In this document: piece by piece, positions 1 through 8,999 of the stretch
How positions within the stretch are numbered: position 1 is the stretch's first letter
Layout of the letters: each line of letters starts with the position of its first letter
Assembly (NCBI GenBank): GCA_002404895.1
Contig: DHKO01000012.1
Span: 4,336 to 68,335, forward strand
DNA: 64,000 nt
Reading direction: 5' to 3'
DNA from: Treponema sp. UBA4692
Lineage (GTDB): Bacteria > Spirochaetota > Spirochaetia > Treponematales > Treponemataceae
The notes under the pieces: generated by a model
What the model was told of the DNA's origin: nothing
What the model saw: the letters and a program-made list of their open reading frames with translations, nothing else
Database searches by the model: none
Program-made: the position numbers and the translations under genes

Positions 1-73
1 AGAATCCGTTCTGAACTGCGTCAATGTCCGCCGTTATCCGTCCAACCAAAACAACCCTGTTCAAGTCTGTCAT
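1..73 (-). CDS. ssb: Single-stranded DNA-binding protein, 5' end only
   Basis: Manual translation MTDLNRVVLVGRITADIDAVQNGF matches the SSB N-terminal NxVxLxGR motif; runs off the window edge. Confidence 0.8.
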   Translation of the reverse strand, partial: MTDLNRVVLVGRITADIDAVQNGF

Positions 74-92
74 AATTTTTTTCTCCCGTTTT

Positions 93-791
93 TCAAACTG
101 TCCTTTTTCCAAGCCGTCTCGACTTTCCTGTGAAATTCAGGCTCACCGCCGTCTCCGTCATCCTGTCGAAAATCGCCGTTCCAACCAGCTTCACAAACTC
201 CTGCTTGCTCAGGTTCGAGATAAGCACGGTCGGAAGCATTTTCTCATACCGCTCATTCAGGATATACGCAAGAATTTCTCTCTCCGCCTGCGTTTTCAGC
301 CCGCGCCCGATTTCGTCAATCACAAGCATTGGAAGCACCGAATACTCGTTCAAAATCTGGAGCTTGTTCTTCTGAGCCTTGTAGTCAGAGCCTGTCTCAT
401 ACTCAATGCAGAGCTTCAGGCTTGTTATATACTTTCCGCCCCTCTCGCGAATTATTCCGCACCCTAAATGTGTCTTGCCAGTTCCATAGCTTCCGAACAT
501 CAGAAGCGTCCTGTGCTGGTTCTTTTCTGCGGCATAGCTTCTCACTGCCGCAAGGTTCGCTTTCTCCTCTTCCGTCTCGGCTATGTACGTGCCTATGCTC
601 TCGTTCCAGTAGCGCGGGTTTACTCCGCTCTCCGCCGTGTTCCTGTAATGGCTTTCAAGCTCCTGCTTCCGCCACTCCTCGCGCCGTGCCGTCTCTTCCG
701 CCTCAAGCCGCCTCACAGCTTCATCATCCGCCGGAGTGAATATATTCACAATGTCCAAGCCTTTTACAGCCTTGTATGTCCTGATTTCCAT
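93..791 (-). CDS. DnaC/IstB-like AAA+ helicase loader
   Basis: Walker A GSYGTGKTHL, Walker B LVIDEIG, ILNERY..PTVLISNL, FDRM motifs. Confidence 0.9.
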   Translation of the reverse strand: MEIRTYKAVKGLDIVNIFTPADDEAVRRLEAEETARREEWRKQELESHYRNTAESGVNPRYWNESIGTYIAETEEEKANLAAVRSYAAEKNQHRTLLMFGSYGTGKTHLGCGIIRERGGKYITSLKLCIEYETGSDYKAQKNKLQILNEYSVLPMLVIDEIGRGLKTQAEREILAYILNERYEKMLPTVLISNLSKQEFVKLVGTAIFDRMTETAVSLNFTGKSRRLGKRTV

Positions 792-801
792 TCCGCCACC
801 C

Positions 802-1734
802 CTAGAAAATTTTCAGCTCCGCATCGGTCGGCTTCCAGTCCGCCTCAATCCGCGACATAAGAGAGCCGCCACCGCCGGGCTTGGAAGCATTTCTTGTGTT
901 CTCGTTGCGCTCCCACGTCCGAACCGCAGCCTGCCAGCTCTTCATAGGCGTTCTGCCCACAAGCCAGCCTTTCGACTCGTAGTAGTCAAAAAAATACTGC
1001 GCGTCTATGCTGTTGCCCCGCTCCTTGCAGTAGGCCTGTATCTGCCCGACTGTAGGCTTAAAGAAACGCTGCGTGTGATTTTTTTCTTCGGAAGTCTTAG
1101 GCTGTTTCTCGTTTGTCGTTGTTGTTGTCTCTTGCTGAAAAGCGTTGTCCTGTTTTCCAGTTTCTGATTTTTCCTCTGCGTCAACAACAACAAATTCGCA
1201 ATCAGCATTACAAACATCTGTGTTTAAATTTTTGTTTATATTTGTTTTTAAATTTGGTATAGGCCTTACAATTTTGTCATTTGACATCTTACAATTTTGT
1301 AACTTGTCATCTTGCGATTTTGTCAAATCCTTTTTAATTTTTTTGTCATTGGAATCAACATTATTGTCTGTGGCATTATTGTCCTCAACAACTTCATCCC
1401 CAAGTTTTTTGATGCACTCTCTCATCTCTTTTCTTCCGAAATCTGAAACCGCATACCATTTTGTTCTGTCATACTTGTTGACGTTGTAGCTGGCTGAAAG
1501 AATAAGACCTTTATCCTCAAGATTTTTCAGAGAATATCTGATTTTCCGCTCATTCATAAAGACATACTGCTCGGAAAATGCCTTTGCCGTGTTATACACC
1601 CAATAAGTGCCGTCATAGAAATTTTTACAGTTTCTGCGGTTATGCTCGCACCAATAAAGAATGTTCTGAAAAATTATAGCCTCTTCCATTCCGTATTTTT
1701 GTGCAAAGTATGGATTGAAACTAATATTCTGCAT
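802..1734 (-). CDS. Phage replication initiator (N-terminal wHTH, C-terminal FFDYYESKGW..KSWQAAVRTWE domain)
   Basis: Typical phage replisome-organizer motifs; directly upstream of the helicase loader. Confidence 0.8.
   Translation of the reverse strand: MQNISFNPYFAQKYGMEEAIIFQNILYWCEHNRRNCKNFYDGTYWVYNTAKAFSEQYVFMNERKIRYSLKNLEDKGLILSASYNVNKYDRTKWYAVSDFGRKEMRECIKKLGDEVVEDNNATDNNVDSNDKKIKKDLTKSQDDKLQNCKMSNDKIVRPIPNLKTNINKNLNTDVCNADCEFVVVDAEEKSETGKQDNAFQQETTTTTNEKQPKTSEEKNHTQRFFKPTVGQIQAYCKERGNSIDAQYFFDYYESKGWLVGRTPMKSWQAAVRTWERNENTRNASKPGGGGSLMSRIEADWKPTDAELKIF
1220..1350. repeat. Putative phage origin: iteron-like repeats plus AT-rich tract inside the initiator gene
   Basis: CTTACAATTTTGT at 1265 and 1288, several TTGTCA copies, AT-rich 1222-1260; lambdoid origins lie inside the initiator gene. 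Confidence 0.45.
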
Positions 1735-1737
1735 TTT

Positions 1738-2091
1738 TTACCTCTCCTTATTGCTTGGCTTCGAGTTTTCAAGAATTTCAAGAACTTTTTCAAGGTTGAT
1801 TGAATACCAGTTTCTGCAAGGAATTCCTTTTTTAGTTACCGTCAATATTCCATTGTCAATAAGAATTTTTGTGGATTCCGCAACTTGAAATTTTGACAGG
1901 GCTGTATCATCTGAAATCTTATGCTGGCTCAGAGAAAATTCCCTGCATTCAAAAAAACCGTAGGTGTTTAGCAGCTTTTCAAACAAAATAGCTGCATTGA
2001 GACCTAGCAATTTTGCAAACCTCTTGTTGCAAGGAATATAACTGCTTTGCTTCATCAAAGTTATTAAAGCCTCATTAGTGTTTTTTTTCAT
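1738..2091 (-). CDS. Winged-helix protein resembling a phage initiator N-terminus
   Basis: NKRFAKLLGLNAAILF..GIPCRNWYSIN resembles the N-terminus of 802..1734. Confidence 0.6.
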   Translation of the reverse strand: MKKNTNEALITLMKQSSYIPCNKRFAKLLGLNAAILFEKLLNTYGFFECREFSLSQHKISDDTALSKFQVAESTKILIDNGILTVTKKGIPCRNWYSINLEKVLEILENSKPSNKER

Positions 2092-2104
2092 TTTTTACCC
2101 CCTG

Positions 2105-2431
2105 TTAGCGTCTGCTAGCACTGCCATCTTTCTTTATGGCAGTGCCATTTTCTTTCATAGCACTGCTATTTTTTCTCGTGGCGTTGCCATTCCAGCGTTT
2201 TCTAGCCCCTTTCCTGCCTGCGAAGCTCTTTCTTGCGCGCTCTTTCTGCAGCTCGTCATCGTGAAGCCGCCGCAAAGCCTCAAAAGCCGCCCTCAGCTTT
2301 TTTCCGCGTATCTTTCCTGTCTCGCCTGAGTCCGCATAGTCAAGCATAAGCCGCACAAGTTTCTTGACATCAAACGCGTTGAGCTGCTGGAAAAGCGACC
2401 TGTACGAAACATATATCTTGAAACACTCCAT
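2105..2431 (-). CDS. DUF6291-like phage protein
   Basis: FKIYVSY..LMLDYA..AGRKGARKRW pattern. Confidence 0.55.
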   Translation of the reverse strand: MECFKIYVSYRSLFQQLNAFDVKKLVRLMLDYADSGETGKIRGKKLRAAFEALRRLHDDELQKERARKSFAGRKGARKRWNGNATRKNSSAMKENGTAIKKDGSASRR

Positions 2432-2446
2432 TTTATCCTCTCAAAA

Positions 2447-3253
2447 TTATTCAAACGCCTGCGTTGCAAGCGAATTGCTGTTTCTCATAAGCTCCGCGCA
2501 TTTTCTCTGCGCCCTCTCAATCTTTCCTCTCAAATGGGGATAGACTTCAAGGAATTCCTCATAGTTCTTGCACTGCTCGTGAAAAAACATATGCTCGTCC
2601 GGGGTCAAAGCAACAATGTTCCATGTCTTGTCTATGGCCGCCGGACAAGCTCCTCTGCTCACAATGTGATGGAAATGCACCGGGGCGCGTCCCGAAGCCT
2701 CGGAATAGACAACATACCTGCGCATCTCTTCTATCGTCCTGTCATCGTTTATGTCGCGCTCCTGCCTGCCTCTCCAGATTTCCCATTCATAAAGAACGCT
2801 TCTTACAGTCGCCTGCAAGTCGTCCGTCAAATTGCACATTGTCGCCAGATGGAAAAGAAGCCCGTCAATGAAATGCGCCGCCGCCATTGTGTTGGATTCA
2901 GAGATATGGATTGCCCTAAGCTGATTGTTGTACCTGTTCGGGATTTTGTCCGCGTAAAGCTCCAGCAAGTCCAGATAAAGCTCGTATTTCTCCTCCTCAA
3001 CCGGGCAGCGCATATTCTCCGACTCAAATATGACCTCCACGAGTTTCCACACGGCGGAAAGCTGCTTGAAGCTCCTCTTCTGGAATGCGGCGTCAATCTC
3101 GCATTTCAAGAGGATTTCTTTCTGGGAGCGATTTTCTCTTTCAGTCTTCGAGCTGAAAAGTTTCCTCACATTGAAGAAATCCTTTTCATCATTCACTTTG
3201 AGAACAATCTTGTCTCCGTGCAGTATGCCGTGAAAGAAACCGCTTATTCTCAT
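2447..3253 (-). CDS. Phage protein with C-terminal HNH-like nuclease domain
   Basis: HFHHIVSRGA..WNIVALTPDEHMFFH; the usual zinc-binding Cys residues are replaced. Confidence 0.55.
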   Translation of the reverse strand: MRISGFFHGILHGDKIVLKVNDEKDFFNVRKLFSSKTERENRSQKEILLKCEIDAAFQKRSFKQLSAVWKLVEVIFESENMRCPVEEEKYELYLDLLELYADKIPNRYNNQLRAIHISESNTMAAAHFIDGLLFHLATMCNLTDDLQATVRSVLYEWEIWRGRQERDINDDRTIEEMRRYVVYSEASGRAPVHFHHIVSRGACPAAIDKTWNIVALTPDEHMFFHEQCKNYEEFLEVYPHLRGKIERAQRKCAELMRNSNSLATQAFE

Positions 3254-4294
3254 TTAGAATATAGCCCCGTCTCCGAACTGCATCTGCCCGTCAAAAGCCG
3301 CATCCATTCCGGCCTCGTCTTCAGGACTAAGCGCGCCCATGGCAAGCTCTGACGATGTTGGACTCATTGCCTGCGCCTGATTCTGTTGCTGCGCCGTCTG
3401 CTTCTGATTCTGCGCTGCATCCGCTGGCTGCTGCACATCAACAGTAACAGCCGCCTTTTTAGCCTGCCTGGAAGCGATTCTTGGCTCGGATTTTGTCTCC
3501 TCTGAATCCTCGAACTCGACTGTATCAGGCTCGATGTCTTTCATCTCTTCCTTGCCAACCGCCTCCAGAGCCTCAATCGAAATCGGGCAGAGCTTCAAAG
3601 CCTTTATTACGCAGGTCTTCAAAGCCATAGCGTCAAAGTTCTTCCCCCAGTTCTGTGTTGACTTGTCCTTTGCCATAATGTAGCTCTTTGAGTAGGTGTC
3701 GCGGAATTTCTCTGCGTCCTTCTTGCTCATCACGGCGAACTGCTCGCCGCCGTTTGTAAGCTCAACAAGACAGTAATACCCGATGACCTCGCCGCGCTCC
3801 GCGAAAATGTTCATTCTGTGGTGAATCGAGCGTCCAGAAGCAAGCTCGCAGTCGAACTCGTCATTCTCATAGATGCACTCGGCGGCGATTGTCTTTATCG
3901 TGTTTGAGCGTCTTGCAAGCGCAATCAGACCTTTATAGCCCATCTGGAAATGGCAGGTCATAACCTTGCTCCAGTTTCCGTTCTTGTCCTTCACATTCTC
4001 GTTGTAAGGGATAAGGTAAGCCTGCCCCAAAGTTCCGTTAAGCTCCAGTCCGTAGCTTGCGGCCTCTTTCAATGCCCTTGCGATAGAGTCCTTGTCGCAC
4101 TTCAGAAGCTCCGGGGTCTTAGGGTTAGTAAGCGCAAGTGTCGCCGACTGCATAAAGCGGTCAACCTCTACAGTTCCTTTCGGGATTGCGCTCATAAGGT
4201 CGCCTTTCCGCTCGTCAAGCCAGCCTCTCAAAGTTCCTTTCTTGTTCTCTGTCTTCGCAAGTTTCTGCATTGCGTTCATTCCGTTCACGTTCAT
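3254..4294 (-). CDS. recT: RecT family single-strand annealing recombinase
   Basis: GLELN..GQAYLIPY..FQMGYKGLIALARRS, MALKTCV motifs. Confidence 0.9.
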   Translation of the reverse strand: MNVNGMNAMQKLAKTENKKGTLRGWLDERKGDLMSAIPKGTVEVDRFMQSATLALTNPKTPELLKCDKDSIARALKEAASYGLELNGTLGQAYLIPYNENVKDKNGNWSKVMTCHFQMGYKGLIALARRSNTIKTIAAECIYENDEFDCELASGRSIHHRMNIFAERGEVIGYYCLVELTNGGEQFAVMSKKDAEKFRDTYSKSYIMAKDKSTQNWGKNFDAMALKTCVIKALKLCPISIEALEAVGKEEMKDIEPDTVEFEDSEETKSEPRIASRQAKKAAVTVDVQQPADAAQNQKQTAQQQNQAQAMSPTSSELAMGALSPEDEAGMDAAFDGQMQFGDGAIF

Positions 4295-4314
4295 TTTTTT
4301 TACTCCTATAAAAA

Positions 4315-4917
4315 TTATTTAAGGGCTACGCCTCTAGCCGTCAGAGATTTTGCGACTTCCCTTGTCGCCCTTATGTCGCATAATGCGTCATGCGCATTGT
4401 CCATTTTTATGTTCAGAAAACCGGCGACTGTTGTCAGTTTTCTGTTTTCAAGATACGGAAGAACTTTCATCTGCCCCGCCTTCTTCACCTGCTCAAAGAC
4501 ATCGAGCTTCTGCGGAAAGAAATATTTCCCGAAGTCATATCCGCATTTCTTAAAAAGGCTCACAAGATGATTCCAGTCAAACGAGCTGGAGTTGTAGCCG
4601 CAGAAGAACATCTTCTCGCCGTCCTTGTAGTCCAGAAAATCTTTCAGGCAGCCGTCAATCTTCGCAACCGCTGTCTTCGGGCTTTCCATCTTCTCTATCA
4701 TCTCCCTTGTGTATCCGTTCACTTTTCCGGCTTCCTCGCTGTACTCAATGCCCGGAATTTCAAGACAGTTCAGTGTGAAAAGTCTTTCGCTCTCCTCTTT
4801 CAGAAGTTTTCCGCTGCTCATTTTCCGCGAATAGCAGAAGATAAAAGCCACCTGAAACGGAGCGGCGTTCTTCGTGTCTATTCCAGTGGTCTCTGTGTCG
4901 CACCATAGAAATTTCAT
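4315..4917 (-). CDS. DnaQ-like (DEDDh) 3'-5' exonuclease
   Basis: DTETTG, GYN..FD, AHDALCDI. Confidence 0.9.
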   Translation of the reverse strand: MKFLWCDTETTGIDTKNAAPFQVAFIFCYSRKMSSGKLLKEESERLFTLNCLEIPGIEYSEEAGKVNGYTREMIEKMESPKTAVAKIDGCLKDFLDYKDGEKMFFCGYNSSSFDWNHLVSLFKKCGYDFGKYFFPQKLDVFEQVKKAGQMKVLPYLENRKLTTVAGFLNIKMDNAHDALCDIRATREVAKSLTARGVALK

Positions 4918-4918
4918 A

Positions 4919-5926
4919 TCACGCCCCAGCCTTGACTTCGCTTATCCTGAGAACACGGGAAGAGCTTTCCTTGGCGTACTCATCAAAAAGACCGGCCTTT
5001 TTTAAGGCGGCAGTGTCAACAGATTTTCTGACCTGCGTGTTGTAGCTGATTCTGAATCTTCCGGCAGCCGCAGAGACTTTCTCAGGGCTTTCGCCGCCGT
5101 CTGAAATCAGCTTGCAGATAATCTTGTTCTTCATCGCCGCCTGCTCTCTTGAAAGCTCCTTGATTTTCTCGTCAAGATTTCTTTCCTGCGCTATAAGCTC
5201 CTCAGTTTCGTCATCAAGCACAATGTCAGAGGCAAGAGGAACGTTTTTCAGGTATTCCGCCTCAGCGTCAATTCCTGTAGGCTCGGGAACAACATTTTTT
5301 AGAACATAGTTTTCCCAGAAGTCCGTCTCGTTGTCTATCAAGGACTGAATGAATGTGTCATTGCGCGGAATAAGGTAATGCCGCCCGGTCTTTGTGCTCA
5401 GGAAGAAGACCGTAAGCACAAAATATTCAAGACTTGTGACCGCCATGTAGTGCTGCACTTGGCAATAGTAGCTGTCAGGAATGTCATCTCCCGCGAAGCC
5501 CTCGCCGCGCGAGCTTGTCTTTATCTCGTGTCCAACAAGACCTGAAGCCTCGTTCCCGTTGAGCGAAAGCGGTCTTTCCGCCGGGATATACATAAGTCCG
5601 TCAATATTCGCGTTCATAAAGTCATGCTCGCGGCTCCTGTACATTCCAGGAACTGTGATAATCTCATATCCAAGCTCTTCTCTTGACTTCTGTCTTACAG
5701 GCTCCTCAAGGATATGCCCCCACTCGGTCGCCTTGTTTCCCTTGAAGCCCTGAATTTTTTTCTTCTGGGAGTACACAACAAGCGGGCTTGAATACTTGTT
5801 AAGCCCCATTATTGTTCCCGCATCGCTTCCGCCGATTCCTGTTGTCCTTAGCTCAAGCCATTTCTCAGGCTCCTTGTCCTGCTCAACCGGGATAAAGTCC
5901 GCGTTTATAGTTCTGTAGTCAATCAT
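4919..5926 (-). CDS. YqaJ-like (lambda Exo family) alkaline exonuclease
   Basis: WLELRTTGIGGSDAG, ANIDG, EIKT, YYCQVQHYM. Confidence 0.92.
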   Translation of the reverse strand: MIDYRTINADFIPVEQDKEPEKWLELRTTGIGGSDAGTIMGLNKYSSPLVVYSQKKKIQGFKGNKATEWGHILEEPVRQKSREELGYEIITVPGMYRSREHDFMNANIDGLMYIPAERPLSLNGNEASGLVGHEIKTSSRGEGFAGDDIPDSYYCQVQHYMAVTSLEYFVLTVFFLSTKTGRHYLIPRNDTFIQSLIDNETDFWENYVLKNVVPEPTGIDAEAEYLKNVPLASDIVLDDETEELIAQERNLDEKIKELSREQAAMKNKIICKLISDGGESPEKVSAAAGRFRISYNTQVRKSVDTAALKKAGLFDEYAKESSSRVLRISEVKAGA

Positions 5927-6120
5927 CTTCCAGCCCCCTTCTCGTCAACCTCGCGGCTCGCTTCCTCAATGCTAAGCCGCCGTGCCTTGTTCTCCAGTTC
6001 CCTTGAATGTCTCGCCCATATTGCCGCCATTCTGCCTTTTGTCTTGTATGCGCCTTTTAGGCACGCATACGATTTATTCATAAGCTGCTCAAAGCGTGTC
6101 ATCTGTGTTCTCCTCTTCAA
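5923..6120 (-). CDS. Small phage hypothetical protein
   Basis: ORF in the leftward operon, overlapping the yqaJ start. Confidence 0.55.
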   Translation of the reverse strand: MKRRTQMTRFEQLMNKSYACLKGAYKTKGRMAAIWARHSRELENKARRLSIEEASREVDEKGAGR

Positions 6121-6313
6121 TCTGATATACGCGGGCTTCCATTGTTCTTATTTTCTCAACCAAATCGTCCGCAATGTCGCTTATGCCCAATAAAATATCC
6201 TCGCAGATAATGTCAGTCCTCATGCACCCGATTACAGTAAGGATTTCTCTTATCTCAGAAAGCTCGGTTCTTAAATCTTCTGCAAGTTTTTCTACATTTG
6301 TTTTCATTCCCAT
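6089..6313 (-). CDS. Small coiled-coil phage protein
   Basis: ORF in operon context. Confidence 0.55.
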   Translation of the reverse strand: MGMKTNVEKLAEDLRTELSEIREILTVIGCMRTDIICEDILLGISDIADDLVEKIRTMEARVYQIEEENTDDTL

Positions 6314-6516
6314 TCTCCTATGAAGTTTCTCGCCTGCTCCTCTGTGTCAAAGCCCCTAACAAAGCTGTCCGTTATCTCGAAAGTCGTTGAGCTTTTGCTG
6401 TCGCAGGCTTCTGAATATGAGGCGAAAACCTTTTTCTTCGCCTCAAACCGGCTGTATCTGATTTCATCAATCACGACAAAGAATTTCTTCCCCGGGAAAG
6501 GACGCTTGAACTCCAT
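6304..6516 (-). CDS. Small phage hypothetical protein (MEFKRPFPGKK...)
   Basis: ATG at 6516 with GGAG SD upstream. Confidence 0.55.
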   Translation of the reverse strand: MEFKRPFPGKKFFVVIDEIRYSRFEAKKKVFASYSEACDSKSSTTFEITDSFVRGFDTEEQARNFIGEWE

Positions 6517-6517
6517 T

Positions 6518-7336
6518 TCAAACTCCCTCTTTTTTGCACAGCATAGCAGCGTCAGCAAGTTTCCCCGCCAAAGACGAAACCGCAGATTCCACATACTCAG
6601 GATTTTTTATCTTCCGTTTGCACTCATCGATTTTCTCCGCTGGAAAATTCTTGTATCTCTCGGTGAAGAATTTCAGCCCCTCCATGTTCACCAGAAGCTG
6701 GTTTCCGGTCTTGCCCACGCCCTTCGCAAAAGCGCGCTCGGAAAAATACTTCTGGAACTCCGCATAAGGCTTGTATTCGCCGCCCTTTGTCTTGTAGATA
6801 TAATTGTCTCTAAGAATTTTCATAAATGCCCGCTGCGTCATATCAAGGTAGGCCGCCGTGTCGCGGAAGTTTTTCAGGTACTTTCTCTCGCAGAGACTGT
6901 CATAGACATCAGCCTTCGGCTTCATAAGAGCGCAGTCCGCAAGCAGCTTCTCCGCCCGCTCGTTCGCGTACTGCAAGGCGCGCTTCATAACCATCTCCGG
7001 GTTGTTCCAGGCCTTTTCAAGGCTGATAAGATAAAGGCGGTATTTCTTGCCGATTTCAGTTCTCGACATAAGGCATATGGCTTTTGCCATGTCAAAAGAG
7101 ATTGCGTAGTCCTGCAAGTCCCTTTTTGCGCCATTATTTACAACCGTACTTGTAGGTACGCTTGTAAAATCTTCATTTTCAACAAAATCTTTTGAATTTG
7201 CTGAAAACCATTCCGAAAAGCGTTTTTGAATCTGCAAGCCCTTGTAAAGCTCCCTTGCAGAGACGCTCTGGATTCCGTCCTTTTCCTGAACCTGTAAAGT
7301 TTCAACAGATTCTTCCGATAAATTAAGTGAGTTCAT
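6518..7336 (-). CDS. AntA/AntB-family antirepressor with KilAC-like C-terminus
   Basis: VSARELYKGL..FSEWF..DYAISFDMAKAICLM..EKAWNNPEMVMKRAL..MKPKADVYD; ATG 7336 after AAGGAG. Confidence 0.88.
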   Translation of the reverse strand: MNSLNLSEESVETLQVQEKDGIQSVSARELYKGLQIQKRFSEWFSANSKDFVENEDFTSVPTSTVVNNGAKRDLQDYAISFDMAKAICLMSRTEIGKKYRLYLISLEKAWNNPEMVMKRALQYANERAEKLLADCALMKPKADVYDSLCERKYLKNFRDTAAYLDMTQRAFMKILRDNYIYKTKGGEYKPYAEFQKYFSERAFAKGVGKTGNQLLVNMEGLKFFTERYKNFPAEKIDECKRKIKNPEYVESAVSSLAGKLADAAMLCKKEGV

Positions 7337-7337
7337 T

Positions 7338-7400
7338 AGACACTCCTTGCGGTCAAACAGTGGCATTCCGGCAAGAATACACACACCGTTTTTCCGCTTG
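7338..7400 (-). promoter_or_regulatory. Conserved structured 5' leader, copy 1 (antA)
   Basis: Similar to 15341-15404 with compensatory base changes in the stem; ends at the SD. Confidence 0.7.
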
Positions 7401-7429
7401 TCGCTGTTATTTTTGAAGAGGATTTTCCA

Positions 7430-7606
7430 ATGGATAAATCGCAAATCAAAACCGAATCTTTCAGGCTAGCGTTTGAGCACCTCAAATTCTTGAAAGAATT
7501 AGGCACAGTACCGTCAATACGCCAGCCAGAAGAGCTGTTTGAAAAAGTGAGACTGCTCGCTCAAAAATATGAGCGTGAAATCTCTTCCACTCAGGCCGAT
7601 TCATAA
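7430..7606 (+). CDS. 58-aa protein MDKSQIKTESFRLAFEHL... (not in ORF track)
   Basis: Manual translation; SD and first codons duplicated with the 7647 ORF. Confidence 0.55.
   Translation: MDKSQIKTESFRLAFEHLKFLKELGTVPSIRQPEELFEKVRLLAQKYEREISSTQADS
7482..7604 (-). CDS. 40-aa hydrophobic peptide MNRPEWKRFHAHIFERAVSLFQTALLAGVLTVLCLILSRI
   Basis: AGGAGG SD directly upstream; one predicted TM helix; lies antisense within 7430..7606. Confidence 0.5.
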   Translation of the reverse strand: MNRPEWKRFHAHIFERAVSLFQTALLAGVLTVLCLILSRI

Positions 7607-7646
7607 TCGCCTCCTGCGGCAAAAGTTTTCTTGCAAGGATTTTCCA

Positions 7647-7811
7647 ATGGAAAAATCACAAGTCAAAACCGTAAAACCGAACTGCCCGAGATGCGGCAAG
7701 GAAGATTTTCAGACTTCCCCGCTCAACTGCGTGGCAGGCACTCTAAGGCTCGTTTACTGCTCAGCCTGTGGCTGTGTAGTAGGAGCGGCTTTAGCGCGGC
7801 CAAGAACATAA
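7647..7811 (+). CDS. 54-aa zinc-ribbon protein
   Basis: CPRCG..CSACG; AAGGA SD. Confidence 0.6.
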   Translation: MEKSQVKTVKPNCPRCGKEDFQTSPLNCVAGTLRLVYCSACGCVVGAALARPRT

Positions 7812-7969
7812 TCAATAGTTGGAAATAAGCTTATGTTTATTTCCTCTCTTTCGATTGTGAATGAAACCTGCACGCACTCAGAAACCTTGTAGCCGTTGTC
7901 GCTTAGAAGTTTCTTGAGCCGCTCCGTCTCCGCCTCGATTTCCGCAATCGGGCTGTCTTTTGTGAGCAT
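7754..7969 (-). CDS. Small early protein (MLTKDSPIAEIE...)
   Basis: AAGGAGG SD; first gene after the attenuator leader. Confidence 0.65.
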   Translation of the reverse strand: MLTKDSPIAEIEAETERLKKLLSDNGYKVSECVQVSFTIEREEINISLFPTIDYVLGRAKAAPTTQPQAEQ

Positions 7970-7997
7970 TGCTTTCCTCCTTTCAAGAAAAGGTGAT

Positions 7998-8113
7998 AAA
8001 AAAGGCGCACAACCTTTCCCAACCACGATAAAGGTCATGCGCCTTAAAGAACTCACCCGTTTCTTTATCGGCTAAAGCAACGGCGCAAAGTGGTTGGAGC
8101 TTGCGTAGTTGCT
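7998..8113 (-). terminator. Attenuator leader B: intrinsic terminator whose loop is complementary to an upstream 8-mer
   Basis: Stem 8002-8017/8030-8045 plus U-tract; loop GTGGTTGG versus upstream CCAACCAC (8097-8090). Confidence 0.7.
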
Positions 8114-8126
8114 CTAATAAACTTTT

Positions 8127-8206
8127 ACTAATCACTTCTGATTAGTTATATATCATTTATACATCATAACTGATATTTAATCAATGTTTTTTATATCAGC
8201 TTTGAC
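8127..8206 (-). promoter_or_regulatory. Leftward sigma70 promoter with ATCA-N4-TGAT operators
   Basis: TTGATT(8184-8179)-17-TATAAA(8161-8156); operators at 8131 and 8163, degenerate copy at 8195. Confidence 0.6.
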
Positions 8207-8220
8207 ATTTTTTATTTGCT

Positions 8221-8487
8221 ATGAATATATTTTTAGAAAACCTAAAAACAGAGCTTCACAACAAGAGCATCACACAAAAGGAGCTTGCGGAAAAAACAGG
8301 AATTTCCGTAAACACCATTAGAGGCTGGTTCTCAAAAGACCTCACCCCTGATGTTTTCAATGCCGTCAAGATTGCCTCTACTCTTAACACTTCCGTGGAA
8401 TTCCTTGTAACCGGCAAAGAGCCGGACAAGGCGGCGGAAGAGCTTGAACAGCTAAAGGCAAAGCTTTATGAGCTAAGCCAATGCTAA
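8221..8487 (+). CDS. XRE-family HTH repressor 1
   Basis: ITQKELAEKTGIS..IASTLNTSVEFLVTG. Confidence 0.9.
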   Translation: MNIFLENLKTELHNKSITQKELAEKTGISVNTIRGWFSKDLTPDVFNAVKIASTLNTSVEFLVTGKEPDKAAEELEQLKAKLYELSQC

Positions 8488-8636
8488 AAGAAGTTCTTTA
8501 GTTAAGGATGTCAATCCTTAACTAAATGGAGTGTACTCCATTTAGATTTGTTTTTTGACAATTTTTATCTTTTATATAATCAAGAAACAATTTTGTCAAC
8601 AAATTACATAAAAAATATATATAATTGCTAAATGAT

Positions 8637-8960
8637 ATGAATGTGTTTTGGAAAACCGTAAAATCGGAGCTGGAATTTCAGGGAATTTCTCAGAAAGAGC
8701 TTGCGGAAAAAACAGGCTTGAACATCGGAACAATCAGAAACCAGATGACCCGCTCGATTATTCCTGACTTGGAATCTGCCTATAAGATTGCCCAGTTCTT
8801 GAATCAGCCTTTGGAGTATCTTTTTAACGGCGACATCTTCGAGCCAAACAACCTCAATCTTCCCACAAGAGAGATTGTGCTTCTTGAAAACTACAGAAAA
8901 CTAAGCGACAAAGAAAAAAACGGCGTGGACAAACTTGTGGAGACACTGAGCAGCATATAG
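8637..8960 (+). CDS. XRE-family HTH repressor 2
   Basis: ISQKELAEKTGL..PLEYLFNG; alternative TTG start at 8625. Confidence 0.9.
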   Translation: MNVFWKTVKSELEFQGISQKELAEKTGLNIGTIRNQMTRSIIPDLESAYKIAQFLNQPLEYLFNGDIFEPNNLNLPTREIVLLENYRKLSDKEKNGVDKLVETLSSI

Positions 8961-8999
8961 CAAGCGTTGACTTTTCCGCATAGCCGCACCGCAGACATT

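Noticed and set aside
7528..7588. C4-like cloverleaf on the minus strand whose loop CACTTTTTCAA is complementary to TTGAAAAAGTG in leader C (11383-11373)
   Set aside because: Lies inside two plausible overlapping ORFs (encodes FEKV on the + strand) and the match is A/T-rich. Kept only as a weak candidate.
8497..8543. Two adjacent perfect hairpins between XRE1 and XRE2
   Set aside because: Probably a terminator or operators; cannot be distinguished from sequence alone
8281..8716. TGCGGAAAA in XRE1 and XRE2 as targets of the 9298-9360 RNA loop
   Set aside because: Explained by shared ELAEKTG codons of paralogous HTH genes
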